Shown: positions 7,918 to 18,065 of the stretch, one piece after another
Layout of the letters: each line of letters opens with the position of its first letter
Position numbering within the stretch: position 1 is the first letter of the stretch
DNA from: Trichodesmium sp. MAG_R04
Lineage (GTDB): Bacteria > Cyanobacteriota > Cyanobacteriia > Cyanobacteriales > Microcoleaceae
Direction: 5' to 3'
Length of the DNA stretch: 38,956 nt
Assembly: GCA_023356515.1 (NCBI GenBank)
Contig: JAKQYG010000001.1
Location: forward strand, 1-38,956
Notes under the pieces: generated by a model
What the model was told of the DNA's origin: nothing
The model's database searches: none
Seen by the model: only the letters and a program-made list of their open reading frames with translations
Program-made: the position numbers and the translations under genes

Positions 7918-10578
7918 TTAAGAGATTTTTGCCTTTTGCATCAGCTTGAATAGTAAATTCATATCTACATTTATATCCAAGTCTCTCTTCGGAGGAAGAT
8001 CCTTTCTTTGGTTATCAGACTGACATATTAGGTAATAGTATTCTAAATTGCAGTAACTAGCAACTACATAGTAACAATTTCTAATAGCATCACGGCCAAA
8101 AATTTCGATAATCTTAGTTTCAGGTTGGCAAAATACTGTGTTAGTAAATCCCGCACCGTGAGGAGCTATAATTACTCTGGCATTGGCAAAAAGTGCAACT
8201 TGCTCTAAAAAAGACATAGAGCTAAGAGTAACACTAATAAATCCATATTTGCTGATAAAATCAATTAATTCAGTTTCATTAACTACTCTACGAACTGCAC
8301 TATCTTCCCTGCTAATATAAATTCTTTCCAAACTGATGTTTTTGTCTGGTACTAAACTTAAAAATTTTTTTCTCAAGAAATCACAATGCCACTTTCCAGG
8401 TATTCCTTGGTTAGGCATAGATGTATAAATTATTTGTCTAGCTTTAATATGGCAATAGACTTCACTTTCTATAACTCTTTCCTGTGAAATACCTATTATA
8501 TTTAAGCTTTCTTTCTGAAATTGTTTCTGATAAGAATTAACTACAAATTTATCTATACTATCTAACTTTATTCTGCTCTGATTTAGTAATTCTAATCTAG
8601 AAATTATGTCAAACATCCAGTGACAATAATTGTAACCCCAACGTGATGATAGAAAAACTACTCTGCCATCTATATCTAACACAGATGGTAAATGCTCTAT
8701 CATGGGTTTTATATCAGTAATTTCAGGCTTTCTAAAACAATTTTTAGCTAAAATATCATCATTTGCATCTGATAGAACAAATGCCCAAGATTCATTAAAC
8801 CAAATTCTACCTTTGGGAACTAATATCATTACATTCTTTGCATAACTAGGAGGATTAATACAAAAGTTTTGGTGAATATTTTGCTCTAGAGTGAAAGGTG
8901 GTTTAAAGTAATTAGGATTGGGGAAATTAATTTGTTGTATATAATTTATTGGGTACTTTTCATTTTGGAGATTTTGGAGCGACTCTAGAAATTTTCCCAG
9001 ATTGTTACTTAATACAACTGGTACATTTGGATACTCTTCAGGGTTTTGCTCAATTATTTTGCAGTAGATAGCTATAGCTTCTTCTAATAATCCTTGTTTA
9101 CGTAATGCTTTAGCTAAACTAGAGTAATATTTAACTAATAAGTTAGGTTTTAATTGAAAAGCAGTTTGATATGATTTGATAGCTGCTGATAGTTGCTCTT
9201 TTTTGTAGAAACAATCACCTAATTGTTTATATCCACTGGCAAATTCCGGATACAACTCAACTGCTTTTTTAAAATAAATTAATGCTTCTTCTACATTTCC
9301 TTTCTGGTACAAAACCAATCCTAAATCATAGTGAAATTTATAAAAATCAGGATTAATAGCAATTGTTCTTTGGTAACAACTAATAGCTTCATCTATCAAT
9401 AATAATTGATTATACGCCAATCCCAAATCATGGTTAAACCAAGCTACATTAGGGTTTATTTTTAATGCAGATTTATAAGCTTCTATTGCTTGTTCAAATT
9501 TACTTAATTTGACCAAAGCATTTCCTAAATAATAATAAGACCAAGGTGAACTTTGATTTAGCTTTAAAGCAAATTGATATGCAGCGATTGCTTCTGAGAA
9601 ATTTTCCATATTTGCTAGCCTATTACCATTTTTAATTGCCTTAGTAGAAGTTACAGAAACCATTTGGTGATGGCTTTTTAGCAAAGCTGATTCATACTTA
9701 TTTCGTTTTTCTATTTGTGAGTTAATACTCTTTAAACCTGTCAACAGGATCAAACTTTCCATCTCTTGTTTTGTACTTTCTAAAAAATTAAGAATGCTTC
9801 TATCTTCTTCTTCATTTTGGTCATGAGCATCGAAATTATTATCTGGTCTGTATTTTTTATCAGGTGGCTTATCTGCCATCCCCCTTAACCGTTTAAAAAT
9901 CCATTCTTCTCTAGATTTGCAAAAATAGTGGTTAATTTGAATAATGTTATGGTCAATATAGTCATCTCGTCCTCCTTTAGTTTTCACAATAGAACCATCA
10001 GGATAAACATATTTATAATTTTTATCTTTAAAGTTACAATTATTTATGCTGAAGGATTGAGTTAAGTCAATTTTAGCAATTGTCTTAAAAAAACCGTTAA
10101 CAAAACTATCTTTAACTGCACATCTAGTAAACCTTTCCATCACTAAACCATTAAGTTTGTATTGGTGTTGAGAAGAACCAAAAAGCTTCCAGTTAATAGC
10201 GATCGCGCTAGAATTTTTATGCTCTAACAAAAATTGATGAATGTGTTTGTGCTTCCGTGGCACAATAAATTCATCTCCATCTATAACAGCTATCCACTCT
10301 GTTTTCTCTCTAGCTCTCAGCAAAACATCTTGATAAGCAGCTATCTGATTATTTCTATTAACTTTACTAGGCCATTGTATATATTCTATTACACCTGCTT
10401 TTGCCAAACTAATCAGTAATTCTGTGGAGCCATCACTACTTTCATTATCATATATAAAGAAATAATCTATTCCTATTGCACGATGATAAGCTATCCACTC
10501 TAATAGGTATGGAAACTCATCTTTAATAATTGCACAAATACAAACTTTGTATTTTTTTTCCTGTTGATTATTTTCCAT
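7918..10578 (-). CDS. GT92/GT2-like glycosyltransferase + TPR repeats + GT61 (DUF563) glycosyltransferase
   Basis: ICAIIKDE..YLLEWIAYH, YDNESSDG, IDGDEF, INHYF; ~6 TPRs; NYCHWMFD, RIYISR, RRVVNE, SFLEQVALF, IAPHGAG.TN. ATG at 10578 preferred over the track's TTG at 10593. Confidence 0.88.
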   Translation of the reverse strand: MENNQQEKKYKVCICAIIKDEFPYLLEWIAYHRAIGIDYFFIYDNESSDGSTELLISLAKAGVIEYIQWPSKVNRNNQIAAYQDVLLRAREKTEWIAVIDGDEFIVPRKHKHIHQFLLEHKNSSAIAINWKLFGSSQHQYKLNGLVMERFTRCAVKDSFVNGFFKTIAKIDLTQSFSINNCNFKDKNYKYVYPDGSIVKTKGGRDDYIDHNIIQINHYFCKSREEWIFKRLRGMADKPPDKKYRPDNNFDAHDQNEEEDRSILNFLESTKQEMESLILLTGLKSINSQIEKRNKYESALLKSHHQMVSVTSTKAIKNGNRLANMENFSEAIAAYQFALKLNQSSPWSYYYLGNALVKLSKFEQAIEAYKSALKINPNVAWFNHDLGLAYNQLLLIDEAISCYQRTIAINPDFYKFHYDLGLVLYQKGNVEEALIYFKKAVELYPEFASGYKQLGDCFYKKEQLSAAIKSYQTAFQLKPNLLVKYYSSLAKALRKQGLLEEAIAIYCKIIEQNPEEYPNVPVVLSNNLGKFLESLQNLQNEKYPINYIQQINFPNPNYFKPPFTLEQNIHQNFCINPPSYAKNVMILVPKGRIWFNESWAFVLSDANDDILAKNCFRKPEITDIKPMIEHLPSVLDIDGRVVFLSSRWGYNYCHWMFDIISRLELLNQSRIKLDSIDKFVVNSYQKQFQKESLNIIGISQERVIESEVYCHIKARQIIYTSMPNQGIPGKWHCDFLRKKFLSLVPDKNISLERIYISREDSAVRRVVNETELIDFISKYGFISVTLSSMSFLEQVALFANARVIIAPHGAGFTNTVFCQPETKIIEIFGRDAIRNCYYVVASYCNLEYYYLICQSDNQRKDLPPKRDLDINVDMNLLFKLMQKAKIS

Positions 10579-10641
10579 TTGTAAAAATACCAATTGTTGA
10601 AACTTAACTATTAATTATTAATATAGATATAAGGCTTTGTT

Positions 10642-10966
10642 GGTAAGCATTCAGCTATCAGCAATAAGACTCAGCTTTGCTTTTATAATAAGCTCTAATT
10701 TAGTGTTATACCAAATCCGGTTATAAAAGGTTATTTTGTCCAAATTATTCTAATCCTTCTGCCTTATGCTTTCTGTCTTACCCTTTTAATAAACCTCCTA
10801 TCTAAACCAGATTAAGTATTTATTAATAAAGTTATCTCAAACCAATTAATATAGCTCAATTAATAAGGCTTTTATCTAAAACTAAAGGAAATAGCTGTTA
10901 ACGAAGTTCTTCGGCAGAAGGCTAGCTGACGGCTGTTTGCGCAGCACTCCGCAGTAAATCCCTACC
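10642..10966. repeat. Nested degenerate cyanobacterial dispersed repeats / MITE remnants
   Basis: GGTAAGCATTCAGCTATCAGC at 10642 with degenerate inverse GCTGACGGCTG..CCCTACC near 10925-10966. Inner pair ATACCAAATCCGGTT (~10708) and AACCAGATTAAGTAT (~10805) match at 12/15. Confidence 0.4.
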
Positions 10967-10973
10967 TTTATTG

Positions 10974-13829
10974 TTATCTAACTATCGATTCTTTTATTCG
11001 ATCTAAGCGATGATTCAATTCTTGCAACTTAGTCTTGTATTTTCTTATGTTTTTAGTTTTTTCTGCTATTTTTTTATCTTCTAAACCCTCAATTATTTTA
11101 ACCATTTCCTCATAAATTATTTTCCAATCAAAATCATAATTTTTATATAAATCATGTTTAGGGTTATCTTCATAAATTAGTTTTTCGGGTATAAAAACTG
11201 GCTCAATAATATTTTCTCTAACATCACTCCAAAAAATCTTTTGACCTAAATGAATTTTATTTGCATGTGCTACTCCTGGTTTATTAGCAAGCCACGTCAA
11301 AAAAGTTAAACCAGAACCCACTACAGCTATATAGCAGTCTATAGCGTATGACCATGCAATAACTTCGTCCATTTTGCATTCAAGAGTATTGTAAGTTTTA
11401 ATGCTATCCGGTAGTGTTGACTTTATTTGTTCTAATATATTTCTGGTATCTAGCATACCATCAATTATCACTCCTATTTGAGGATATTTATCAGACAATT
11501 TGGTAATGATATTAGCATAACCGTCAATTTGATTAACCCAAGATTTATTATGTTCTCTAACATTAATCCATAATAAAGGAAAAGACTGACGAGATTCCTC
11601 TATTTTTTCCAACACTGACGGACTACAAGTTTTAATTACAGCAGAATTAATTCTACTTTCCAAACCTTTTCTAATATAATGCTCAGTTACCCTGACTACT
11701 AAATAGTTATTTTTGAGTATAAATTTGAAGAGAGCTTCATTTTGAGGAACAATCAGTTTTTCAGAAGGAATTTCTGGAAAAATTTTACCAATGTTTAGCC
11801 TATTATGTGGAGCCATTAAAAATTTGTCAACCCTATCTAAAATTTCAGCTTCATATAAGTATTCTAAACCTCCTAATTCTTGCCATAAATAATGACCTAA
11901 AATTGATGAGGAACCGACGACTACAACCACAGGTTTAACTGTTTCACTAGATATATAATCTAGGAAAATATCGTGATTCATTACTGCTTGTGTTTTCAAT
12001 TCATTAATTGCATTTGGAAATTGAAAGAGATTTTTCCAAAGTTCATTAGCCATATTAATAACTAAATCGTATTTGGGAAAATAAACACCTAACTTACAAT
12101 TATCCCATTGTCCAACAATCAAATAAAATACTTCCTGTCCGACGAATCTGTAAACAAAGGCGGAATAATCTATGGCAAATGAGTTATTACTTCTCAAAAT
12201 TTTGCCTGTTACTGGACATAAAGTGTAAATATAACCTGTTTCCACAATACTTTGTTGAAAATCTCTAGTATAGTTGAGGGGCGGCCATTCAAAGTCTTTT
12301 CTTTTATTTACCAGTTCTGAGAGTTTAAAGTTTGATTGCTCAGTAAAATTGTTAATATAAATATTCTCTTGGTGAATGCTATCTGCTTGAATAAACTTTA
12401 GATTAGTTAGTGATATGCCTGCATTATTAAGGACTTGGCGATCGCTATCTGTTATTCTATCTAGAGAAATAATCCCATACTTACTCGTGTTTTTGAAATA
12501 GTCTCTTATTTCTCCTATTTTATAATTAGTTTCTGCCTCATATTTGTCAATTTTTCTAGGATTTATTTCGTTTAGCTCTCTCCAGATACTTTCCCAAAAT
12601 TTTTCCTTATTAGGAAACTTTTGATTAAAGCTTTTACTACATTCCACTGCTTCAGCCCAACATTGGACTGCTTCAGAAATTAATCCCTGTGTTGACAAAT
12701 GTATAGCTAAGTTTTGATAAAATTTAGGTTGATTATTATTGATTGTTGACTGCTCATAACTATCAATAAATACAGCTAACCACCCTTGTTTAAGTAGTAT
12801 TATTCCTAGTTTAATTAAATTTTCCGACTTTTCAGGTAGACTATAAAGTATTAATCTATAATAAAACCTACTCCTAGCATAAAAGCTTTTTTTGACCATA
12901 AATTCAACTAATTTTCCAACATCACTGTCTATTTCTACAGATTTTTTCCTGCTAGTAACACCATTAAGTACATTATTTAACTGAGATACTTGTTGATAAT
13001 TTTCACTTTTTACTTGTATATGTTGGCTAATTACTTTAAAGCTTCCATAATAAAAAACATCATCAAAGTATGCTATTTCAGTACCTCTAAATCTTGGTTT
13101 ATTTTCAGTAGGAATGTAAGATGTTATTGTTGATAAATATTCTAATTGAGGACCGAATAAATAAAACTGCTTTTTCTTCTCCCCAATATAAACAGATTTA
13201 CTCCCTTCTGAAGTCCCAAAAAAGATATCATTATTATTAACACTGTATGTAGCTGATAATCTCACCCAATTATGAGGATAATATTCAACATTTGTCGATT
13301 CAGCAATACCAGATATAAAGCTCCAATCTTTTCTACTAAAAACTGCTATTTGTACGCCACCAACTGCCCAAATAGTAAAATCTTTACTTCCTGCATTTTC
13401 TACTTTTTTTACAAATATACTTACAGTCTTTTTAGAGGAGTTTTTGTGAGCAATTAATTGCCTTATTAAATGAAAATCATTTCCTGGTAGATCGATAATG
13501 CTAATAACTTTATTGTCTCCTAATTCTCCAGCCGGATTTAATACTTCATTTTCTGGTTTCTTGGTAATTTGATGAGCATTAGACCAACAATTATTCGTTA
13601 AATCTGTACTGTAAATTAATTCATTAGTTGAACTAAATTCAATTATAATTCCCAAACATTTATGTTTACCTTCCGCATCAATATCTTTTGGGTTAGGGCT
13701 ATAGTTTATTCTAGGTTCATTGGACTGAGCAAATTTAATTAAACCTTTTTCATCAACATAACTTGCTAACTCAGCATCACGGAATAATACCAACTCTTTT
13801 TTTGATTTATTATCTAGCTCTAAATTCAT
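10974..13829 (-). CDS. Phage-fibre-like N-terminal domain + TPR-like helices + unnamed GT-like domain + coiled-coil tail
   Basis: N-terminus FRDAELASYVDEKG.IK.A..NEPR...CLGIIIE.SSTNEL.YS ... FGPQLE...TSYIPT..R. C-terminal ~500 aa is paralogous to 24938..27610. ATG at 13829 (track start 13856 is TTG). Confidence 0.8.
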   Translation of the reverse strand: MNLELDNKSKKELVLFRDAELASYVDEKGLIKFAQSNEPRINYSPNPKDIDAEGKHKCLGIIIEFSSTNELIYSTDLTNNCWSNAHQITKKPENEVLNPAGELGDNKVISIIDLPGNDFHLIRQLIAHKNSSKKTVSIFVKKVENAGSKDFTIWAVGGVQIAVFSRKDWSFISGIAESTNVEYYPHNWVRLSATYSVNNNDIFFGTSEGSKSVYIGEKKKQFYLFGPQLEYLSTITSYIPTENKPRFRGTEIAYFDDVFYYGSFKVISQHIQVKSENYQQVSQLNNVLNGVTSRKKSVEIDSDVGKLVEFMVKKSFYARSRFYYRLILYSLPEKSENLIKLGIILLKQGWLAVFIDSYEQSTINNNQPKFYQNLAIHLSTQGLISEAVQCWAEAVECSKSFNQKFPNKEKFWESIWRELNEINPRKIDKYEAETNYKIGEIRDYFKNTSKYGIISLDRITDSDRQVLNNAGISLTNLKFIQADSIHQENIYINNFTEQSNFKLSELVNKRKDFEWPPLNYTRDFQQSIVETGYIYTLCPVTGKILRSNNSFAIDYSAFVYRFVGQEVFYLIVGQWDNCKLGVYFPKYDLVINMANELWKNLFQFPNAINELKTQAVMNHDIFLDYISSETVKPVVVVVGSSSILGHYLWQELGGLEYLYEAEILDRVDKFLMAPHNRLNIGKIFPEIPSEKLIVPQNEALFKFILKNNYLVVRVTEHYIRKGLESRINSAVIKTCSPSVLEKIEESRQSFPLLWINVREHNKSWVNQIDGYANIITKLSDKYPQIGVIIDGMLDTRNILEQIKSTLPDSIKTYNTLECKMDEVIAWSYAIDCYIAVVGSGLTFLTWLANKPGVAHANKIHLGQKIFWSDVRENIIEPVFIPEKLIYEDNPKHDLYKNYDFDWKIIYEEMVKIIEGLEDKKIAEKTKNIRKYKTKLQELNHRLDRIKESIVR

Positions 13830-13890
13830 TATTATTTTTCTCGAATTAATAAACAAAGTATTTCTTTAGGAAAACAGCTTTTCTTGCTCT

Positions 13891-14901
13891 TCAGACTATC
13901 ACTTGATTCAAATCTTGTAACCAAGCTTCAAGTAACTCAGATTCCTCAGATTTTACCAGACCTAATCTGATAAAAATATCGTAACATTTCCTCAAATTAT
14001 CTGGGATTTGCTGTTCCCCTGAAAAGAGTTTTAAATCAGATAATGACTGAGCAATTTTTTGGTTATTCAAATACCCCGAAACTTCATCTTCAAAGTCGTG
14101 CATTAAATTATGATCGTTACGTTCTTGATAAACTGTGGGACTGAAGAATAAAATACGCCAACCATTTTCCCAACATATTCTTTGAGCAACAAAGCTGCGC
14201 CAAATATCTGTCATTCTAAATGAACAGTAAGCTGGTAAATACATCAGCGGATATGCAGGTGGAAACCAAACAGTATTTTGACTATTAAAAGGACACCAAC
14301 TTTCAACACCTAATCCTAATTTAATATCGCCTCTAAATTTTATTGGCAAAGGCAAAACCAGTCGATAAATAGCATCAACATCTGGGTTATCATTTGCTAA
14401 TCCTTGCTGAATAGGACAATATGAAGAAGAAATGGTTAAATTTTCATAACTAGGAACTGATTCGTTAATTTTATCTAAGGGTAATCCTCGTGGCCATATT
14501 AAATGATCGGAAAAATATTTGTAGACATTTACCCAACCAGCTTTGTCAATAATTTTGCACTTAATTTGAGGATAACTTTCTTCCCAAAAGCTATTTAATG
14601 GCAGGTTATCATCATCAGTTTCTACTATTAATTGTGTACCATACTTCATTGCTAGTAAATAACCGATATTTTTTCTAGCATAATGTCGAGTAGGACAGAT
14701 TTGAGCATATTTGAGACCGCTTGCTATTTGAGCTTGGATATCATAGTATTCGGAGCCAGTAAGAGTAAAATTTTTAGGGCTTTTAGTATCACCAACTATA
14801 ATGAAATTCCAGTTGTTTGTCTGACAACCTGTAGCTAATTTTTGTAGAACTTTATTAGGTTCAGAAATTGTAGTTACAACTAATGTAATTTTTTTGTTCA
14901 T
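13891..14901 (-). CDS. STELLO-like (DUF288) putative glycosyltransferase, copy 1
   Basis: VVTTI, VGDTKSP, HYARKNIGYL, ETDDDN, WPRGLPL, QQGLANDNPDVDAIYRL, PFNSQNT, FRMTDIWRSF.AQR, QERN.HNLM.DF..E. Confidence 0.88.
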   Translation of the reverse strand: MNKKITLVVTTISEPNKVLQKLATGCQTNNWNFIIVGDTKSPKNFTLTGSEYYDIQAQIASGLKYAQICPTRHYARKNIGYLLAMKYGTQLIVETDDDNLPLNSFWEESYPQIKCKIIDKAGWVNVYKYFSDHLIWPRGLPLDKINESVPSYENLTISSSYCPIQQGLANDNPDVDAIYRLVLPLPIKFRGDIKLGLGVESWCPFNSQNTVWFPPAYPLMYLPAYCSFRMTDIWRSFVAQRICWENGWRILFFSPTVYQERNDHNLMHDFEDEVSGYLNNQKIAQSLSDLKLFSGEQQIPDNLRKCYDIFIRLGLVKSEESELLEAWLQDLNQVIV

Positions 14902-15002
14902 TTAATTTGAAAACTCCATTAATAAACTATAGTTTTTCATCAATCACAATAGCTATTTTATCGCAAACTAAAATCATACTTTTATAATCAAACTAAATAT
15001 TA

Positions 15003-15971
15003 TTATATTTTAATTCGTTGATGAGTTACTTCTTTAGGTGCAGGAAAAGATACTTCACTATCCTCAATAGTAATTAATTTAAAACTAGAATAGCGAGCGT
15101 GATACCAAGGGTCGTGAGTTTTACCTTTTAAACTTCCTTTCATTTTCAGATAATTTTGATCAACATAATCCCAAGTTAAATGATAAGACTTAAAACTCTT
15201 AGCTAAAACTGATTTCATATTTTTCTTGATTTTTCCATAATCATAAGCCGATCTATCATGGAAATAAATATTATTAGCTTTCCTATAATTAACAAAATCT
15301 TGCCAATCTTTTCTCCTAAAAGTTTTCAACCACCATCCTGCTAATCTTTCCTTATAAATTTCATTTTCTGATTCAATAGCGATCTTACTTACTCCTGTTT
15401 TTACTGGATGAGGAGCGTTATTATAATAGAGGTCTGAACTAACAGAAAACACCTCTGGATATTTTTCGAGAATCGTAATCTGTTCATCTAGCCATTCTTT
15501 ATCTGGAACTAAATCTCCATCAGTAACAGTAATATACTCATAATCTAAATCAAGTAAATTACTGTCAAAAGCAATTTCAAAAGCATTAGTACCAATATTT
15601 TCCTCAAAAATAAAATAGTTTTTAACTAAGCCTTTTTCTCTATATGAATCTACAACTTTCCTAATTGCATCAGAATGAACACTACTGTTTTCTATAACAG
15701 TTACATCTATTCTATTTTTTTCTGGTAATAATCCTGCCAAACAGCGTTCTAATATTTCATTAAAATAAAAGGTTAGCAGTACGCAATGAACTAACTTTTT
15801 ATTTCTAGGTGTTTCTAAAGCTTGGTCTTTCTGAACTGAAAAATGTGATAATTTTTTTAGTTGTGCCTTGATTTTTTGTAAATATTTTCGATGATATTGT
15901 AGAGACTGAGAATAACTGTCCAATTCTAATCTAACTTTTTTGAGATGGGGTACTGACATTTCTTTCGACAT
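15003..15971 (-). CDS. GT-A fold (GT2-like) glycosyltransferase with N-terminal short coiled coil
   Basis: VHCVLLTFYFNEILERCL..L, VTVIENSS, ENIGTNA, YITVTDGDL (DxD), WLDEQI.IL, HLTWD. Confidence 0.7.
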   Translation of the reverse strand: MSKEMSVPHLKKVRLELDSYSQSLQYHRKYLQKIKAQLKKLSHFSVQKDQALETPRNKKLVHCVLLTFYFNEILERCLAGLLPEKNRIDVTVIENSSVHSDAIRKVVDSYREKGLVKNYFIFEENIGTNAFEIAFDSNLLDLDYEYITVTDGDLVPDKEWLDEQITILEKYPEVFSVSSDLYYNNAPHPVKTGVSKIAIESENEIYKERLAGWWLKTFRRKDWQDFVNYRKANNIYFHDRSAYDYGKIKKNMKSVLAKSFKSYHLTWDYVDQNYLKMKGSLKGKTHDPWYHARYSSFKLITIEDSEVSFPAPKEVTHQRIKI

Positions 15972-16013
15972 ATCTAAATTTTGCTAAAAATCGATCGTAA
16001 CCTGTTACTAATT

Positions 16014-16210
16014 AGGGTTGGCTGAAAAAGCCTTTTAAGGAGATGGGGTTATAGGGTAATGGGGTGATAGGAAGTAAATTTTTTTGCCCAACTCTTGGCC
16101 AAAATGATAACTTTTTCAGCATGAATAACTCAAACCAGCAGACTTTTTTACAGCCTAAAAAGGCTCAAACCTTTATTTATAAACATTTTCATATTTAATA
16201 AGCAAGCCTT
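16014..16210. mobile_element. Degenerate MITE-like repeat
   Basis: Imperfect termini AGGGTTGGCTGAAAAA and TTAATAAGCAAGCCTT between TAATT/AATT flanks; internal G-rich 8-mer repeats. Confidence 0.45.
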
Positions 16211-16329
16211 AATTAAACAAATAATAATCTGATTCAAATTTTAACTAATGCTCAATTAACTTGCGTTCTTTTAATTTATTTTACCGCTCAATTTAACATT
16301 ATAGCGGGACTCCTATTTCAACATTTTAT

Positions 16330-16560
16330 GATAGAAAATGTAGAGTCAATTCGTCTTTGGGGATTCTTTTATAATAGATTAAAATCAGTAGAAAGTAGAA
16401 TTACTCCACCAGGTTTCAGACTTTTCCAAACATTATTCAGGAAAGCGATCGCTCCTTCAGAGACTTAGATGTTCAAGGAAATATTCCCCATAAATATATT
16501 CTCAACCATTAAAAAACCAAGGCTTAGTTACGTCCATCACTTAGTCAATACCAGGAAAAG
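16330..16560 (-). pseudogene. Decayed partial duplicate of the adjacent methyltransferase gene
   Basis: Aligns by eye with ~16905-17163 (GAAAATGTAGA.TCAAT.CGTCTTTG, AATTACTCCACCAGGTTTCAG.CTTTTCCAAACATTATT.AGGAAAGCGATCGCTCCTTC, GTCAATACCAGGAAAAG), with indels. Confidence 0.9.
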
Positions 16561-16615
16561 TTAGAGAGATTTTTTACTATCAATTCTTCATTATCCATGA
16601 TCAATTATCCATGAA

Positions 16616-17278
16616 TTAATGACCAGACCTGACATAACTTATATAAGATTTATCCAGTAATTTCTGATAAGATGAAATACTAGATTCTGAACGACCATCC
16701 CCGCGTGTACCTTCTACAATCCAAACATTAGGATATCCATTATCAACTCGATAATTACCATGACGTTCAATATTTATCAAACTTGAATGTTTACTTTTTC
16801 CATATTCACAAAATATTACTTTTTGCCATCCTAAATTATCCAGTAAAGATTGCAAAAAATCTTTTGAATAAATAAATTGATGACCCCACCCGTGAAAAGC
16901 ACGATTCATCGAAAATGTAGAATCAATCCGTCTTTGTGGATTAGTTTCTGACAAGTTAAAATGAGTAGAAAGTACCCATTCTATGGAAGGAGTAGAAAGT
17001 CGAATTACTCCACCAGGTTTCAGGCTTTTCCAAACATTATTTAGGAAAGCGATCGCTCCTTCCAGACTTAAATGTTCGAGAAAATGTTCCCCATACACAT
17101 ATTCCAAACCATTAAAAGGCCAAGGTTTAGTCACATCCATCACTTGGTCAATACCAGGAAAAGGTCGAATATCCACATTCCACCAGTCGTCCATGATATT
17201 ATGGGGGCCACAACCCACTTGAACTTTTTTAATGCCGTTATGATTCTGAGGACTTAAGCGTAACTGTTTTACTGACAT
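16616..17278 (-). CDS. Class I SAM-dependent methyltransferase (Methyltransf_11-like)
   Basis: KVQVGCGP, WWNVDI, DVTKPWPF, YGEHFLEHL, LKPGGVIRLSTP, WGHQFIY. Confidence 0.88.
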   Translation of the reverse strand: MSVKQLRLSPQNHNGIKKVQVGCGPHNIMDDWWNVDIRPFPGIDQVMDVTKPWPFNGLEYVYGEHFLEHLSLEGAIAFLNNVWKSLKPGGVIRLSTPSIEWVLSTHFNLSETNPQRRIDSTFSMNRAFHGWGHQFIYSKDFLQSLLDNLGWQKVIFCEYGKSKHSSLINIERHGNYRVDNGYPNVWIVEGTRGDGRSESSISSYQKLLDKSYISYVRSGH

Positions 17279-17501
17279 CTATGAAATATTTGTATCCTAA
17301 TTTTTTTCAATACTAATACACCTTGATAACTAGTAAGTAAAAGACACCAATAAACCTCACTATGTAACGAAATTTTGATGCAGTCTAAAGCCAAGAGAGT
17401 TGCTACCTTCCACTCTGTTGGAGTCTCTGAGTACAAATGTTGTAAATTTTCCCAACAACTCTATTATTTTGTATAATTTTTTCCGTTTTGCCTGCCCTAT
17501 A

Positions 17502-18065
17502 CTAAAGCTCTAATATCAAACCAGGTAATACATCTTCCCCTAATAAATTTGTGGGACAATCTAGTATTTCTACTTCTTTTCCTTGACGATAAATTTTCAC
17601 ACGATGATTTTTATTATCAATTAGCCAGCCTAATTTTACTCCTCCATCCATATATTCCAGCATTTTATTTTGAACATCCTTTAAACTATCAGATGGTGAC
17701 ATTAATTCTAATACAAAATCTGGGGCAATAGGAGGAAATTTTTCTCTTTGTTGGGGAGTTAGTTGATTCCATCTTTCTAATTTAATCCAGGATACATCGG
17801 GAGAACGATTAGAATTATTGGGAAGTTTGAAACAGGTCGAAGAGTCGAACACTATTCCTAGTTTTGTTTGACGGTTCCATATTACAAAATCAGCAATAAT
17901 AGAAGCATTTTGTTTTCCTATTTCTCCTCCTGTGGGCGACATAATTGTTATTTCCCCCCTGATATTACGTTCAAATTTAATTTCGGGATTATCTCGACAT
18001 AATTGATAGAATTGGTCATCAGTTAGTCTGAGAATATTGTTAAATTTGATGGTTATAGCTGTCAT
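17502..18065 (-). CDS. Uma2-family (DUF820) PD-(D/E)xK endonuclease-like protein
   Basis: LTDDQFYQLC..NPE.KFER, MSPTGG, FDSSTCFKLP, RSPDVSWI, PDFVLELMSPSD, KM.EY, GWLID, LLGEDVLPG. Confidence 0.93.
   Translation of the reverse strand: MTAITIKFNNILRLTDDQFYQLCRDNPEIKFERNIRGEITIMSPTGGEIGKQNASIIADFVIWNRQTKLGIVFDSSTCFKLPNNSNRSPDVSWIKLERWNQLTPQQREKFPPIAPDFVLELMSPSDSLKDVQNKMLEYMDGGVKLGWLIDNKNHRVKIYRQGKEVEILDCPTNLLGEDVLPGLILEL

Noticed and set aside
17502-18065. Uma2 nuclease as part of a defence system
   Set aside because: A highly multicopy, scattered family in cyanobacteria; no partner genes adjacent.
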